DNA of 64,000 nucleotides from Pavona decussata (Eukaryota): NCBI GenBank assembly GCA_977016875.1, contig CDRNST010000095.1, positions 806,001 to 870,000 of the forward strand, read 5' to 3'. Shown piece by piece: positions 53,101 to 64,000 of this stretch (position 1 is its first letter; each line of letters starts with the position of its first letter). The notes under the pieces were generated by a model. It saw only the letters and a program-made list of their open reading frames with translations, ran no database searches and was not told where the DNA came from. The position numbers and the translations under genes were made by a program.

Positions 53101-53649
53101 TTTTAAAGTTATGTTAAGTTTTGACAGTTAAAACTGTCACTTAATGTAAATTTTTAGAGACAGTACCTCTTAGAGGTAAGAGGTTGTTCGGGCCACGTCC
53201 ACTGGAATCGATTGAAAATATGGAACTGAAGAATGCCCGGCCACTTCAAAGCTGTACCGCTAAAAATACCTGGATTCGTGGCTACGCACTCAATCGTGTG
53301 TTTAATGGCTACGTGACTACGGGGATATGGCTTACCCGGCTTCACGCTAAAAGAAAGAGGTATAAACACGTTCTCTGTGTTTTTTGTAGTTTCCGTATCA
53401 CGCTTAAAGAACGAGGCATGCGTAGCCACTGTTTTAGAGGTACAGTTTTGAAGTGGACGCCTGACGGTTATTCTGCACGTATGCCATCCACCAAGAGGAT
53501 CAAGAATCTTGGCTATGCAACACGATTTTTTAAAAGTCTCTTGCGAGATTCGAAGAAGCAGTCCTTCGGTCTGTTCATGGGACATCTCTGACCAAGGGTG
53601 AGTTTAGGTTCCTTTTCTTTTTAACGGAAGATGAGTTCGAAGGCGCTTT

Positions 53650-53885
53650 AGGACCCAAACGGTTTTAAACATTTGCCCAACATTCGTTCAACAAAAGTTG
53701 AACCGATGTTGGTCCAATCTTGATAGAAAGGAGTGTTAAAGCGGTTTCAACGCCATTCAACATTTTCAAGAACAAAGAAAATGTTGAATCGATATTGAAT
53801 GAAAGCTTAAACCACTTTAAATTTCATTCAACACACTTCAACAAGCTTCCAATATTTTTTAACGCTTCCAACAATGTTGAACTAG
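53650..53885. mobile_element. Partial MITE related to 58404-58696
   Basis: Shares ccaacat.cgttcaacaaaagttgaac.gatgttgg and ttcaacaatgttgaac. Confidence 0.7.
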
Positions 53886-55255
53886 CCTCCGAGCAAGTTC
53901 TCGGGGAATCACAATGAGTGGTTGCTTTGGATCAAGAGACTCAAAAATTAGAGCCACATTGTAAAGCAAAATACATACGTACGGGAAGGGACTGTGAAGT
54001 AGCTTTCATCTGAATGGTCACACCTCGGTATTTTACCCAGAGACTCAATAGTATAAGCCGTATTGTTCAGCAAAATAAATATCACGAGAAAGTGTTGCTA
54101 CTTTAGCTTTCACTGGAAAGAAAGTACTTGGGATATTTAGTCACATCCAATTAAGTTAGAGTCACCTTAAAGTTGCAAATCATGATGAACAGCACCACAG
54201 GAAAGCATTGCCTTATGACTTAGAACTATCCAAGAGAGGATGAAGGTACCTTGGCCCTCTCTTGTTTCTATCGTAATGCTTTTGATTGGCCCAAAAAGAA
54301 GCTCCCCCTTCTTTATAGCTGTCCGGTTTGAATGAATTAATATTAATACGTTCGGATATCGCCACCTCAAATGTTCCCCAATTCTTAAATAACGCGTCAC
54401 ATCTTTCGTAAGTAACTCCACTAGGAGACATTGAAGACATTGAAGCTTTGTGAGTAGGGGCTTTTATATTGTCATATTAGCATGACTTCAATGAGAGGTC
54501 AATCTGCAGTGTGCACCCGTGTTTGAATTTCCAAAATAAAGTAAACAGCCCGCGCGATAAATAGTAATAATCAATGTTTTCATACTCAGAAAAAAACAGC
54601 TAGAGAAAAGAGTTGAAGTCTGTGTTGCAATTTGATTCTACCCACAAACATAGCCTCTCTTAATTAAGGCGTTTGGTAGTTTATCTCCCAATTTCAGTCG
54701 CACGTTATCGGCGTATTTATTCGTTGTATTACAAGGTTGTACGCGTTTCTCTGTTCTGCAGAGGTATAAACAATTTTAAACCGTATATTTTTCGAACTAA
54801 ATACAACATAAAATTGTAATTCCAAATAGTGCTGATGGTTACATTTTTAGACCACTCTGTGATTATTAATATCGCAGACAGTTGAAAACGATTTCGATTT
54901 TCAAAAGGAATTAAACTAGTAAATTCCCAGGAGGTTTAAAAACATGTCTGCCAGTCACATAACAAGATAGTTGAACAAACTGAACACTCCATGGTACTGT
55001 CGTGGAAAATACGTTTTTAATTTGTTACCTTAAAAATAGATTTTTATCATTAAGGGCTAGATTAACTGCTATTGAAAGTAAATACATCCTCCGAGGAATA
55101 TTTAAATGAGTTTAATAAACAAACAGCTACGAAAAATAAAAATACATTGAATGATCTATCTTTTTAGATGGATAACTTACAAGAAAATTCTTTCGTAAAA
55201 TGTCGTATAACTCTGCTATCAAGGACCGTTTTTGTTTGCTTGTTGTATATCTCAG

Positions 55256-55879
55256 TTATTCATCGGTGGATTTTAACTTGCTGTCTTGTTGTTCACGTAG
55301 ACGAAGGCCATCTAATTTTTCCTGTAAAAGAAACATTACATCTTTATCTACCTCGATGAAAGGAAGCAAAAAGAATTGAAATAACCAAGCGGTTTCATTC
55401 AAATGGTTTGCACCTGGGGAGGAGCCTCCCTGAATCAGAGTGTCTTGATTCCCACCCCTCCCCCCCCCCCCTTTCCCCCTCCCGGGCTCCCATATGTTTT
55501 TTTCTCCCATACAAAACCTAACAACTTCTGCAATGGTTGCCGTGACACTCAAATTACCATACGTGTCTCAGTGCTGAGGATTACGACTGAAGGTCAACAT
55601 AAACCCTCGTAGAGCTGGCTCATCGTGGTTCGTAGAGTCACTAACGACTTAAACTCCAACGTGGTGTAGCTTTAGTGCCCCTTTTTGCGGACCCGACTGG
55701 AAGCAACTTTGAACTTAGTATGTACTCCCATTTAGTTTCGCTGATATTATGTTAATCACCGCAGTTTGTATTTTATTTCTGAACAAGCTCCCATGGCCCA
55801 AGAACAAAAGTCTATAACTAGCAATCGGATTAACAGAGCGTGATAATTTGACCAAATCCTAGCCTTTTCTTTTTATACA

Positions 55880-55966
<87 letters not shown>

Positions 55967-58900
55967 CACCACCTTTGAAGTAAGTCTGGATTCCCTTTTC
56001 CTTCCAAACTCGTTGGGTAGAATGTAGGGTGGTTCTGCTTCAAGTGGATTAGCAACGTTGCCCTGGACGAAATAACAATTAAACAGCAAAATATGAAAAG
56101 CAATTGTATAATAATCAAATGTTAGAAGACACACATCCCTATAATGGTCTACAAGGGGAGGCTTCGTCTGAAAGGGGTACTTTTCTCAGGCTGGAGATAT
56201 ACAGCTGTTTCGACAAAGGTTGTTCAGAAAAAAAAGCGTAAAGCGTACGCGACAATGCCGAAAGGTAGTCTGAGAAATATCCAATAAATTTCAATAAGAG
56301 ATGAATCCATAATAGCTTGACCGCACAGCGAAGACTTGAGATGACGGGGAATATGGATTCTGAGCTGTTCAGTTTAATGAAAAAGCAAAAGTTCAATAAC
56401 CACACCATCAGTTCAAAAACCGCACATCAGTTCAGTGGCAGTAAACCTCAATTGTAAGAATAACTATTATTAGGAGAAGGGTGTTTTTTTTAGTCTATTT
56501 CATTGGGAAAGGTAGGAGGAGAGGATAGAGGGTTTTACGGGGGCGAGGTCCATATTTAGAGCAGCCAAAAAGTACGTATTAACAAAATAGTATCTATACA
56601 TTCACAAATAATGGTAACGGGCTAACCGTTGACGCATTTAAGAATCTATATTCCATTTATCCATTGCTTTTCATTGTAATCATATTTAGCATCAGCTGTT
56701 TTTGAACAACCTTTGTCAAACAGCTGTATAAACGTTTATGGATGTCGCGAGCCGAAGATTGAAACGGGTAGAGAAAACAACTATTTATAAATTGAAAAGC
56801 GCTTTCCGAGGCCCCCCTTTTCTTTCTTGTATTTTTAAAAAAAGTTTTTCGTAAGCGTCTTTCGAGTGGTATTATGTGCTCAATCGTTTTAAAAAAAATC
56901 CTCCTCAAGTCTGTCTTCGAAGCCTTAAAATGCTCCCAGAACTTCTGTAAAGCAGAATTCCCACGAATGCGAGTTTTTTCTTTGGTCCCCTCTTTCTGGA
57001 TTTTCCGGTTGACTGATGCATTAGTCCATTATTACGCGTAAACTACACCTTACAGAAATCTCGATCGAGTTGGAAACTAAGCTAACTAAAGGTTATTTTT
57101 TTGTGTGTGTGTCTTGTATATAAAGCTACCATGGTTTACCATAAAATCGCTGACAATTTCTCTTTTCTTTCCAAATTCATTTGGTGGAATATATGGTGGT
57201 TGACCTTCGCCTGCATTGCGTACGTTGACCTAAAACAAAAAGTTCCGTTTAGTTCTAGAATAACCTGTTCTTCGGAAAGAATTCATACAACTCCGCAAAT
57301 TCATGCTGTCAGTGACAAACAAGATGGAAAAGAGCAATTGAAAATATAAACCCAAGGCCCCAGTACTTTAAATGGTGGATATCGTTACCCAGTGGATAAA
57401 TCGCTATAATTAGATAATCAACAATTAGTTATCTGGAAATTAGGCGAACTAAAAGTTTTTTTGTGTGTGTGATATATGAAGCTACCATAGTTTACCATAA
57501 AATCGCTGATAATTTCTCTTTTCCTTCCAAATTCATTTGGTGGAATATATGGTGGTTGATCTTTGCCTGCATTGCGTACGTCCACCTAAAAAATCAGATC
57601 GTACATAAAGTCCCTTTAGTTCTAGAATAACCTGTTCTTCAGAAAAATTCATACAAATGAGAATGATGTATTTTTCTAGAAAGTGACACAGCCGTACTCG
57701 GATAAAAGAAATCCGAGTGCTCCTATCAGGAGTCGAACCTAAGACCTTCCAATTACTAGTCCGGATGCTCTACCACTGAGCTACAGGAGACTCGTGGGAG
57801 CTAAGCCCATTAAACTAGGTTCATGGGACAAACATCCTGCATACTGCTAGGATTGGAATGTCAATGAGTGGCATATACGCAATGAAAGGAAATGTGATGT
57901 AATATTTTAAGCCTGGTGAACAAATATGAATGATGTATTATTATTCAGTAATGACACAGGCAAACTCTGAAGCTATCACTTAACGCAAACTCTCTATCGT
58001 GGTTTTCATTTGAGTAAATTATTGCAATTCGTCAACGTCTCGCCTGTGCAGCACAGGAAACAGCCGGGGTGACAAAGGTCAAATAATTAAATAGTTTCCG
58101 TCGATCCTATCACAACTGACAACACCAAACGCGACGGATTCTATACAGTTTATATTGTGTACTATCTTGCATCTCAACATGTTAATTGAAACAGCTGTAC
58201 ATGTAAATTCGTTAGCATCTTGGAAAATGACCTTCAATAGACAAACAATAATATAGCTTCGACTGTGATTGACCCTCTCACCAAAAGAAAAACTCTCTTT
58301 GCGTTATTCGGATTACTTATGTGAACGCAAAACAAGGAGATTGTTCATGTGTATGTTTTTAGCGACTTCTTCCTTCAATTACTGCCTACAATTTTTGTCT
58401 GCTAGGGCCCGTTTAAACAGAGTTTACATTTCCCCAACATCCGTTCAACAAAAGTTGAACAGATGTTGGGCAATGATGTTGGACAAATGTTGAGCGGAGT
58501 ATTTAAACGGCTTCAACACAATTCAACATTTTTGAGAACAAAGCAAGTGTTTCATGGATGTTGAGCTTTCAACAAGCTTTAATTTTTTTTTACGCTTTCA
58601 ACAATGTTGAACGACCTGTTCAAACGCCCCCATCATCTGGTTCAACAAAGTGTTGAACGCATGTTGAACGAATGTTAAAACCGTTTAAACGGGCACGCAC
58701 TCCCCCAACTAACTAAGGTTTGAGTACAAAAATAGTAAATTAATAACCGAAAAAAAAAAAAGTAAAACAAAACGAACAATATCAAGAGAATTAAAGAATT
58801 CAAATTGTCATATAATTGTCTCAAATCCCTGTCTATTTTACAATGATTTTCATTTACCGTGGAAAGAACTTTCCTATTCGCTCTGATTGCCTTAAAAGAG

Positions 58901-59700
58901 TTGTGTCCTTAGAAAAAGACTACGCTGTTACCACTTTGCCAACCAATCAGTTTGGAAGTGAAACTGAAAACCAACTCTGTTTGTGACTTGTTCACACAAG
59001 TTTTCCCGCGGTTGACGCCCACTCGCATGTATTTGCTTCGAATTCTGATTGGTTCATTGTTCAAGTAGAGCGCGGATTGCTTTGCAGTTTGACTTCACGG
59101 CACTCAATTGAAAATCGCTCTATATCTTTAAAAACTTTCTTCTTCAGAAAGAATGAGAAATCAAACTTAATGTAACAGAAGTGTCTTTGTGGAAAGTTAA
59201 TCTTCTATTCAAAAAATACTTTGCGGAAAACCAAAGCGGGTCACAGAACGTAAGTGGAAAACAATGAAGATTTCTGAAAAAAAAACTTTCTTTAAAAACT
59301 TTCTTCTTCAGAAAGAATAAGAAATCAAACGTAATGTAACAGAAGTGTCTTTGTGGAAAGTTTATCTTCTATTCAAAAAACACTTCGCGGAAAACCAAAG
59401 CGGGTCACAGAACGTAAGTGGAAAACAATGAAGATTTCTGGAAAGACATGTTCATATACTTTTAGAATGCTAGCATGTCGTCAAGTAAAAGTAAAATAAA
59501 ATCCTAAATTTCTCTACATTCTGTGCTGAGTGTTCATTAAAACTGATGATATTTTCATTTACCATTAATCCGTGTTTAGCTTCTCTTTTCGTGTCAAACT
59601 CTGTCGGTGAATTGTAGAGCGATCTTCCTTCACTTGAAGCTGAGAGAAAAACGCAGCAAAAGCTTAGCGCAACACACAAAACCCAGACTTGTGCCTGCAT
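55256..59700 (-). CDS. Neuropeptide precursor (predicted pQPPYIPPNEF-amide x2 and (E)PPYILPNEF-amide x1), 169 aa, 6 exons
   Basis: Exons, all phase 0 GT-AG: 59700-59563 (signal peptide MQAQVWVLCVALSFCCVFLSASSEG..), 58890-58858 (AIRANRKVLST), 57585-57496 (VDVRNAGKDQPPYIPPNEFGRKREIISDFM), 57229-57140 (VNVRNAGEGQPPYIPPNEFGKKREIVSDFM), 56062-55970 (GNVANPLEAEPPYILPNEFGRKRESRLTSKV), 55321-55256 (EKLDGLRLREQQDSKLKSTDE*). Confidence 0.88.
55882..55966. repeat. (GATT)n microsatellite abutting a splice donor
   Basis: Direct tandem repeat. Confidence 0.95.
57660..57960 (-). mobile_element. tRNA-derived interspersed repeat; tRNA-Thr(AGT)-like segment at 57789-57720
   Basis: ctcctgtagctcagtggtagagcatccggactagtaattggaaggtcttaggttcgactcctgataggag has A and B boxes. 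A second copy with the same non-tRNA flank at 31404 argues for a repeat rather than a real tRNA gene. Confidence 0.7.
58404..58696. mobile_element. Harbinger-like MITE in neuropeptide intron
   Basis: TIR gcccgtttaaac / gtttaaacgggc; internal ttcaacaa..gttgaa palindromes. Confidence 0.75.
59130..59440. repeat. Intronic tandem duplication of ~160 bp
   Basis: aaaaactttcttcttcagaaagaat..aatgaagatttctg occurs twice. Confidence 0.9.
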
Positions 59701-59759
59701 GTTTGAAATCGATTTTACAGTGATAAGTTTTGAATGAATGAGAACTCAACTAGACCTAA

Positions 59760-59766
59760 ATTTATA
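59760..59766 (-). promoter_or_regulatory. Putative TATA box of the neuropeptide gene
   Basis: - strand CTATAAAT about 60 bp upstream of the ATG at 59700. Confidence 0.5.
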
Positions 59767-60477
59767 GAAAACAGACCTCAATAAGGAATACAAACAAGTA
59801 CAGTACACCTGCGCGGTCTTTCTATTCAAACAGGATTTTTTATTTTAGTTATTTCCTGTTTAAATATATTCCATTTTGAACTGGATGTGTCCTTAGGAGT
59901 TGACGTTTTATCTACTATATAAGGACGCCTGCACAAGAGGCGGTCTTTAGGTTTAATTTAGCAGGGAGCTTCTTTGTTTCCGGCACCAGTTTGGCATGTT
60001 TTTAAATAAGATCACAGAAAACGGCTATTAAACTTTCTGCCAATCCTTTCATATTTTCTACATAAGTTTTCCTTTCTCTAACAATGTCTTTTTATTAAAA
60101 TTAAAAATTTTGAACAATTGAACTTCAAGTTCAATATGTGCTTTTGGCGTTCTTAACAAAATTTACACTGATTAAAATGTTGATAACTGATTGCATCATG
60201 GACAAATTAACGCGTCCTCGTAAGATTTAATCTTCTTTAAATTCATTTATTACTTCATTTTGTTGTGAAAACTAATAGAACGCGAAATCAAATTTGTTTT
60301 ATCACTTAGTGGGTGGTTTTCAGGGCACTGGGATCACAAATAAGAAGAGGTGGAAGCAGATAGGGGTTGCGTGGTATTTTTATCAAAATTGACTTTACAG
60401 TCTGTACAAAAAAAAAAATAGCGAGAAACGAAAAAAAAAAGAATAAACAAATAGAAACGTGCACAGTAATTGTCATG

Positions 60478-61050
60478 AAGCCGTTTTAACCCCCAAACTG
60501 ACTCAGAATATTAGTTTTAAAGCAACTCATTTATTTCTGAGACTCCAAATGCGGGGATGAAATAAACACCAGAGCCGTTTTAACTCCTTAGACGGAGCAG
60601 ATGTACTCTTGATAAGAAAATCAGTAGTAAAAAAATAAATACATTTATATAAGAACGGAAAACTTTTGTCAGTTATAATACCTTAAAAAAACTCCTTTTA
60701 GAGCATGTCAGAGCATGTCAGAGCTCTGTTAGTCAGGGACTCCAAGCCGTTTTAACTCCTTTAATTAGATGAAGTTAAAGATTTTTACTCTTCATTAGAA
60801 ATTAGCATAAAATTATATTTGAGATAACACTTGTATTACTGAATAGCGTTAAAAAAATACTCCTTGTACTCATTTTAGGGCATGACAGAGCTCTATTAGT
60901 AAGAGACTCCAAAGCCCTTTTAACTCCTTAAATCAGATGAAGTAGATTTTTACTCTTCATTAGAAATTTAAGTATAAAATCACTTTAGAGCAAACATATA
61001 TTACAATAGCGCCAAAAAAACTTTTCTTGGAGCATGTCAGGGCCATTTAA
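60478..61050. repeat. Degenerate ~170-bp tandem repeat
   Basis: Recurring gactccaa(a)gccgttttaactcctt..tactcttcattagaaa..gagcatgtcagagc. Confidence 0.75.
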
Positions 61051-64000
61051 AGAAACCTGGAATTAATTTAACTTTACTTTAGCAGAGTTATATTGATTTA
61101 TTCTTTGTATAGTGTTATCATGACTCCAAAATAAGAGAAAAAGAATTGGTTAGAAATAAACTTTTTGAGGCTCATTTTAACACCTTAAATTAACTTTTCA
61201 TTTGGTTGTAATGACTCCTTCGAGACAGAAAGACTTTTGCTAAAAACTCCGAGACGCCACAACGGATGTTACTAACATGATATTAACGTTACTCCTTTAG
61301 ATAAGCTTATTAACATATATATCCAAGAATTAGTGTGATTATCCCTCCCAGGAGCCCGAAACCTTTTACTATAAAGTATACAGAAATTCATGAAAGTTTT
61401 CACTAATATTCATTTATTTATTTATCAGCAGGTTATATGCCGCAAAGTTTATAAATTTTTAAAATTCAAATTGACGTATAAAATGGAAGACTTTCGCCTC
61501 CGCTCGATATTAATTACGCATTTTTTATTTCCAATATGTTTCCAAAAGTATAGATCCTGTTATATCGAGGAGCTTCTAAAGCGAGTGATCAAGTCTTATT
61601 ACCCTTCACAATCTTGCAGAAACTCCCAACCCAACCTACGGCCTCGTCAGTTTAGTATCAGGCAATATTCCGCGCGATTTCGCAGGATAATTATTCAATA
61701 TTTAACGTAAAATATAAAAAAAAAACTAAAAGACAATCGCAGACAGAAAACGGAAAACAGATTTTTTAAAACTCGTTTTTAACCCTCACGTTAAAGATTT
61801 TGATCTCTTTGCTTCAACTATGTAAAAATAATGTTCATAGAGACTTCAAGAGCGAGTAATTTGACTGTTTAGACAACGCGCGACAGTTTGATTAAAAAAA
61901 TGTCAGAATAGCCGCCAACGCGCTCATGAAAACATTGATATGTATGTGGCTGATTTGATGTTATAGACAAAGCCGCGTGGAGATTTAACTTTATATTAGC
62001 CTTATGTGACCATTCTTGAGGAGAAAATGTTGTCTGTTGAAAACAAAGAAAAGTAATGAAAAAGACTACACCTGCGTACAATTTTTCTGAAGACACACGA
62101 CAACTATTTGTCAAAAAATTTCCGTAATCTTAACAAGACGCAGTGCACGTTATTTGTTAAATAAACAAACGCCTCTTTTGCGTGGCGGGTAAATGCCGGA
62201 AATTCTACATTCACTGAGGAGCTAACTGTGACCGACTGGTGTACAACTTTCACGCGGGCAAGCTTCCACTTCAGGTTATTCAAAGAAGGAAATAACTTTT
62301 CAGTCTAAACCGAGGGTTCTTATTAGATTTTCTGATATGAAAATTGGCACACGAGCTTTTTGCGTGGAGCTTTTTTAGCGTCGATTTCTTGACGCAATAT
62401 TTTTTTGGAAATCTGCTGGATTGCACTGAAACGTCTCTAAAAATGAATTATAGTTATCAAAAAGAGCGCTGACAAAAATTAACATTTATCAACTGGGCTT
62501 CAAAGATACGTTATCATAATTACAGACGCTGCCTTAAATTGAAATACCCGTCGAATTTACAGTACTTTATGTTTTGAAGACTTTTTCCTTTGTATGCACT
62601 CATCATAGCAATATTTCTTGAAAAACAGAGTTCGAATCTTTTAGAAATACCATCAGGTGATATAAATATCCACCCTTGGCCTTTAATCCAAAAGGGAAAC
62701 TCTCATTATCTGCCGTATCACCGAGGGAAATTTCACGATTCTTCAAATAACACAACTAAAATAGCTTCGGCGTTTGAACGGATGCTCTAAACGCCCACTG
62801 AAAGGAGAATGGACCATGAAATTCCTGAAAGAGAAAATAAATCCGAACAGCGTTTTCGTCCGCAGTCATTCTTAAATGTAGAACTAAACAATAGGCTATC
62901 ATCATCATCTCATTCGCAAGGGGCCGATATACCAGGTTTTTTCTTGTTACATGTAACCAATCCGATACGAGTACGTACGTACTCGCGTGAATTAAGGAAT
63001 GGGTCTCGCTAGATTTGGAGGGGGGTGGTCTATTTTAGAAGAAATGGAAAGTACTGATTTGAAAGTTTGTAAGAGCCAAGAATCTGCAAAAAAGTATTTC
63101 ATTTTTATTGTCACTGAAGTTGCTGTTATGTCACGTGACATACCACGCCCAATTTTAAAATTTTATTTCGATTTAAATTTACGACATTTTAGGAAAACGA
63201 ATTGCTGGTGGTTTTACCTTCTATAAATGACTTTGGTCTGAGGGTCTAGGGAACTAATCGGGGTTTTTAGAATTTATCTACTTTTGGTAAATTATGATGT
63301 TTTTAGTTTGGAGAGGGACTGGGGAGAGAGAAAAAGACCAAGTAACTACGCAACATAAAAAGTTTTCAAAAACCCCCAGTTAATGTAGGGTAGTTCTATG
63401 CAATGTTAAGACTTGAAAACAAAGAAGAGTATTTTTAACGTTGATTATCAGGTTGTAATCGGAATATATGAAATTTTGCATAAATTAGGGCGTGGTCGAT
63501 CATGTGACCACAGCTAACACAGTAAATCGTCGCAAAATTTTGTTCCATTTGTTATCACAAAGTTATAAGCCAGGCTAACTAGAGTAAAAACGCCAGACAA
63601 AAAGTGCCCAAAAATGGTGATATTGTGTGAGAACCATTCCTTAATTCAGGTGAGTACGCTGTGATATTGGGGAAACTTTTCGAAATTGGTGTCGCTATTG
63701 ATATCGCTCTTTTGACGTCATGGTGCAAATTTGTATTGTGCTATCATCGCGCAAACTGGTGAGAGGAGCAGTGAATGTAAGAGCAATATCCGTATCGCTG
63801 GTGTGGATTAGCGGCGATTTTTGTTGTGATATCAAGTCGATTTGTATTTTTGATTGCTATTTTAACGAAACTTAATAAGCAGAGCGCACGAAATGTCGCC
63901 GATAAAAACTGGCTTTGGGGATTTCCCAAGGGTCAACTCTCACGTGTCTTGTTAGCGATTAACATTTACAGCTTTTAAGAGAATCAAATCTCCGTTATTT

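Noticed and set aside
53154-53591. Overlapping 143-aa and 135-aa ORFs on opposite strands
   Set aside because: No recognisable motif or splice context; lies among repeats.
54213-54440. ORF ending ..NKRGPR as a further neuropeptide exon
   Set aside because: Lies downstream of the precursor stop at 55256, with no amidation cassette or signal peptide.
55990-56040. PYIL resemblance to vertebrate neurotensin
   Set aside because: A four-residue match that is internal rather than C-terminal and absent from the other copies.

Overview
AT-rich, intron-containing animal genomic DNA with three assembly gaps. The repeat families and peptide-processing style suggest a cnidarian, probably a stony coral (inference). 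Three spliced protein-coding genes were reconstructed by hand with frame-consistent GT-AG introns. (1) A + strand secreted EGF plus chymotrypsin-type S1 serine protease (667-~7043) whose EGF exon is frameshifted and lacks its sixth Cys. (2) A - strand 844-aa atypical NADPH-oxidase/ferric-reductase family gene (20156-13385), in which small EF-hand-like exons are spliced onto a single 1.9-kb exon carrying the whole catalytic core plus an extra C-terminal transmembrane helix. (3) A - strand 169-aa neuropeptide precursor (59700-55256) predicted to release PPYI(P/L)PNEF-amide peptides, one peptide per duplicated exon. The ~35 kb between genes 2 and 3 has no credible host ORF. It does contain a tandem series of diverged, mutually homologous - strand promoter-like modules (CCAAT, TATA, short non-coding exon, splice donor, upstream octamer block), along with many MITEs, LINE/Penelope fragments, SINEs and tandem repeats.
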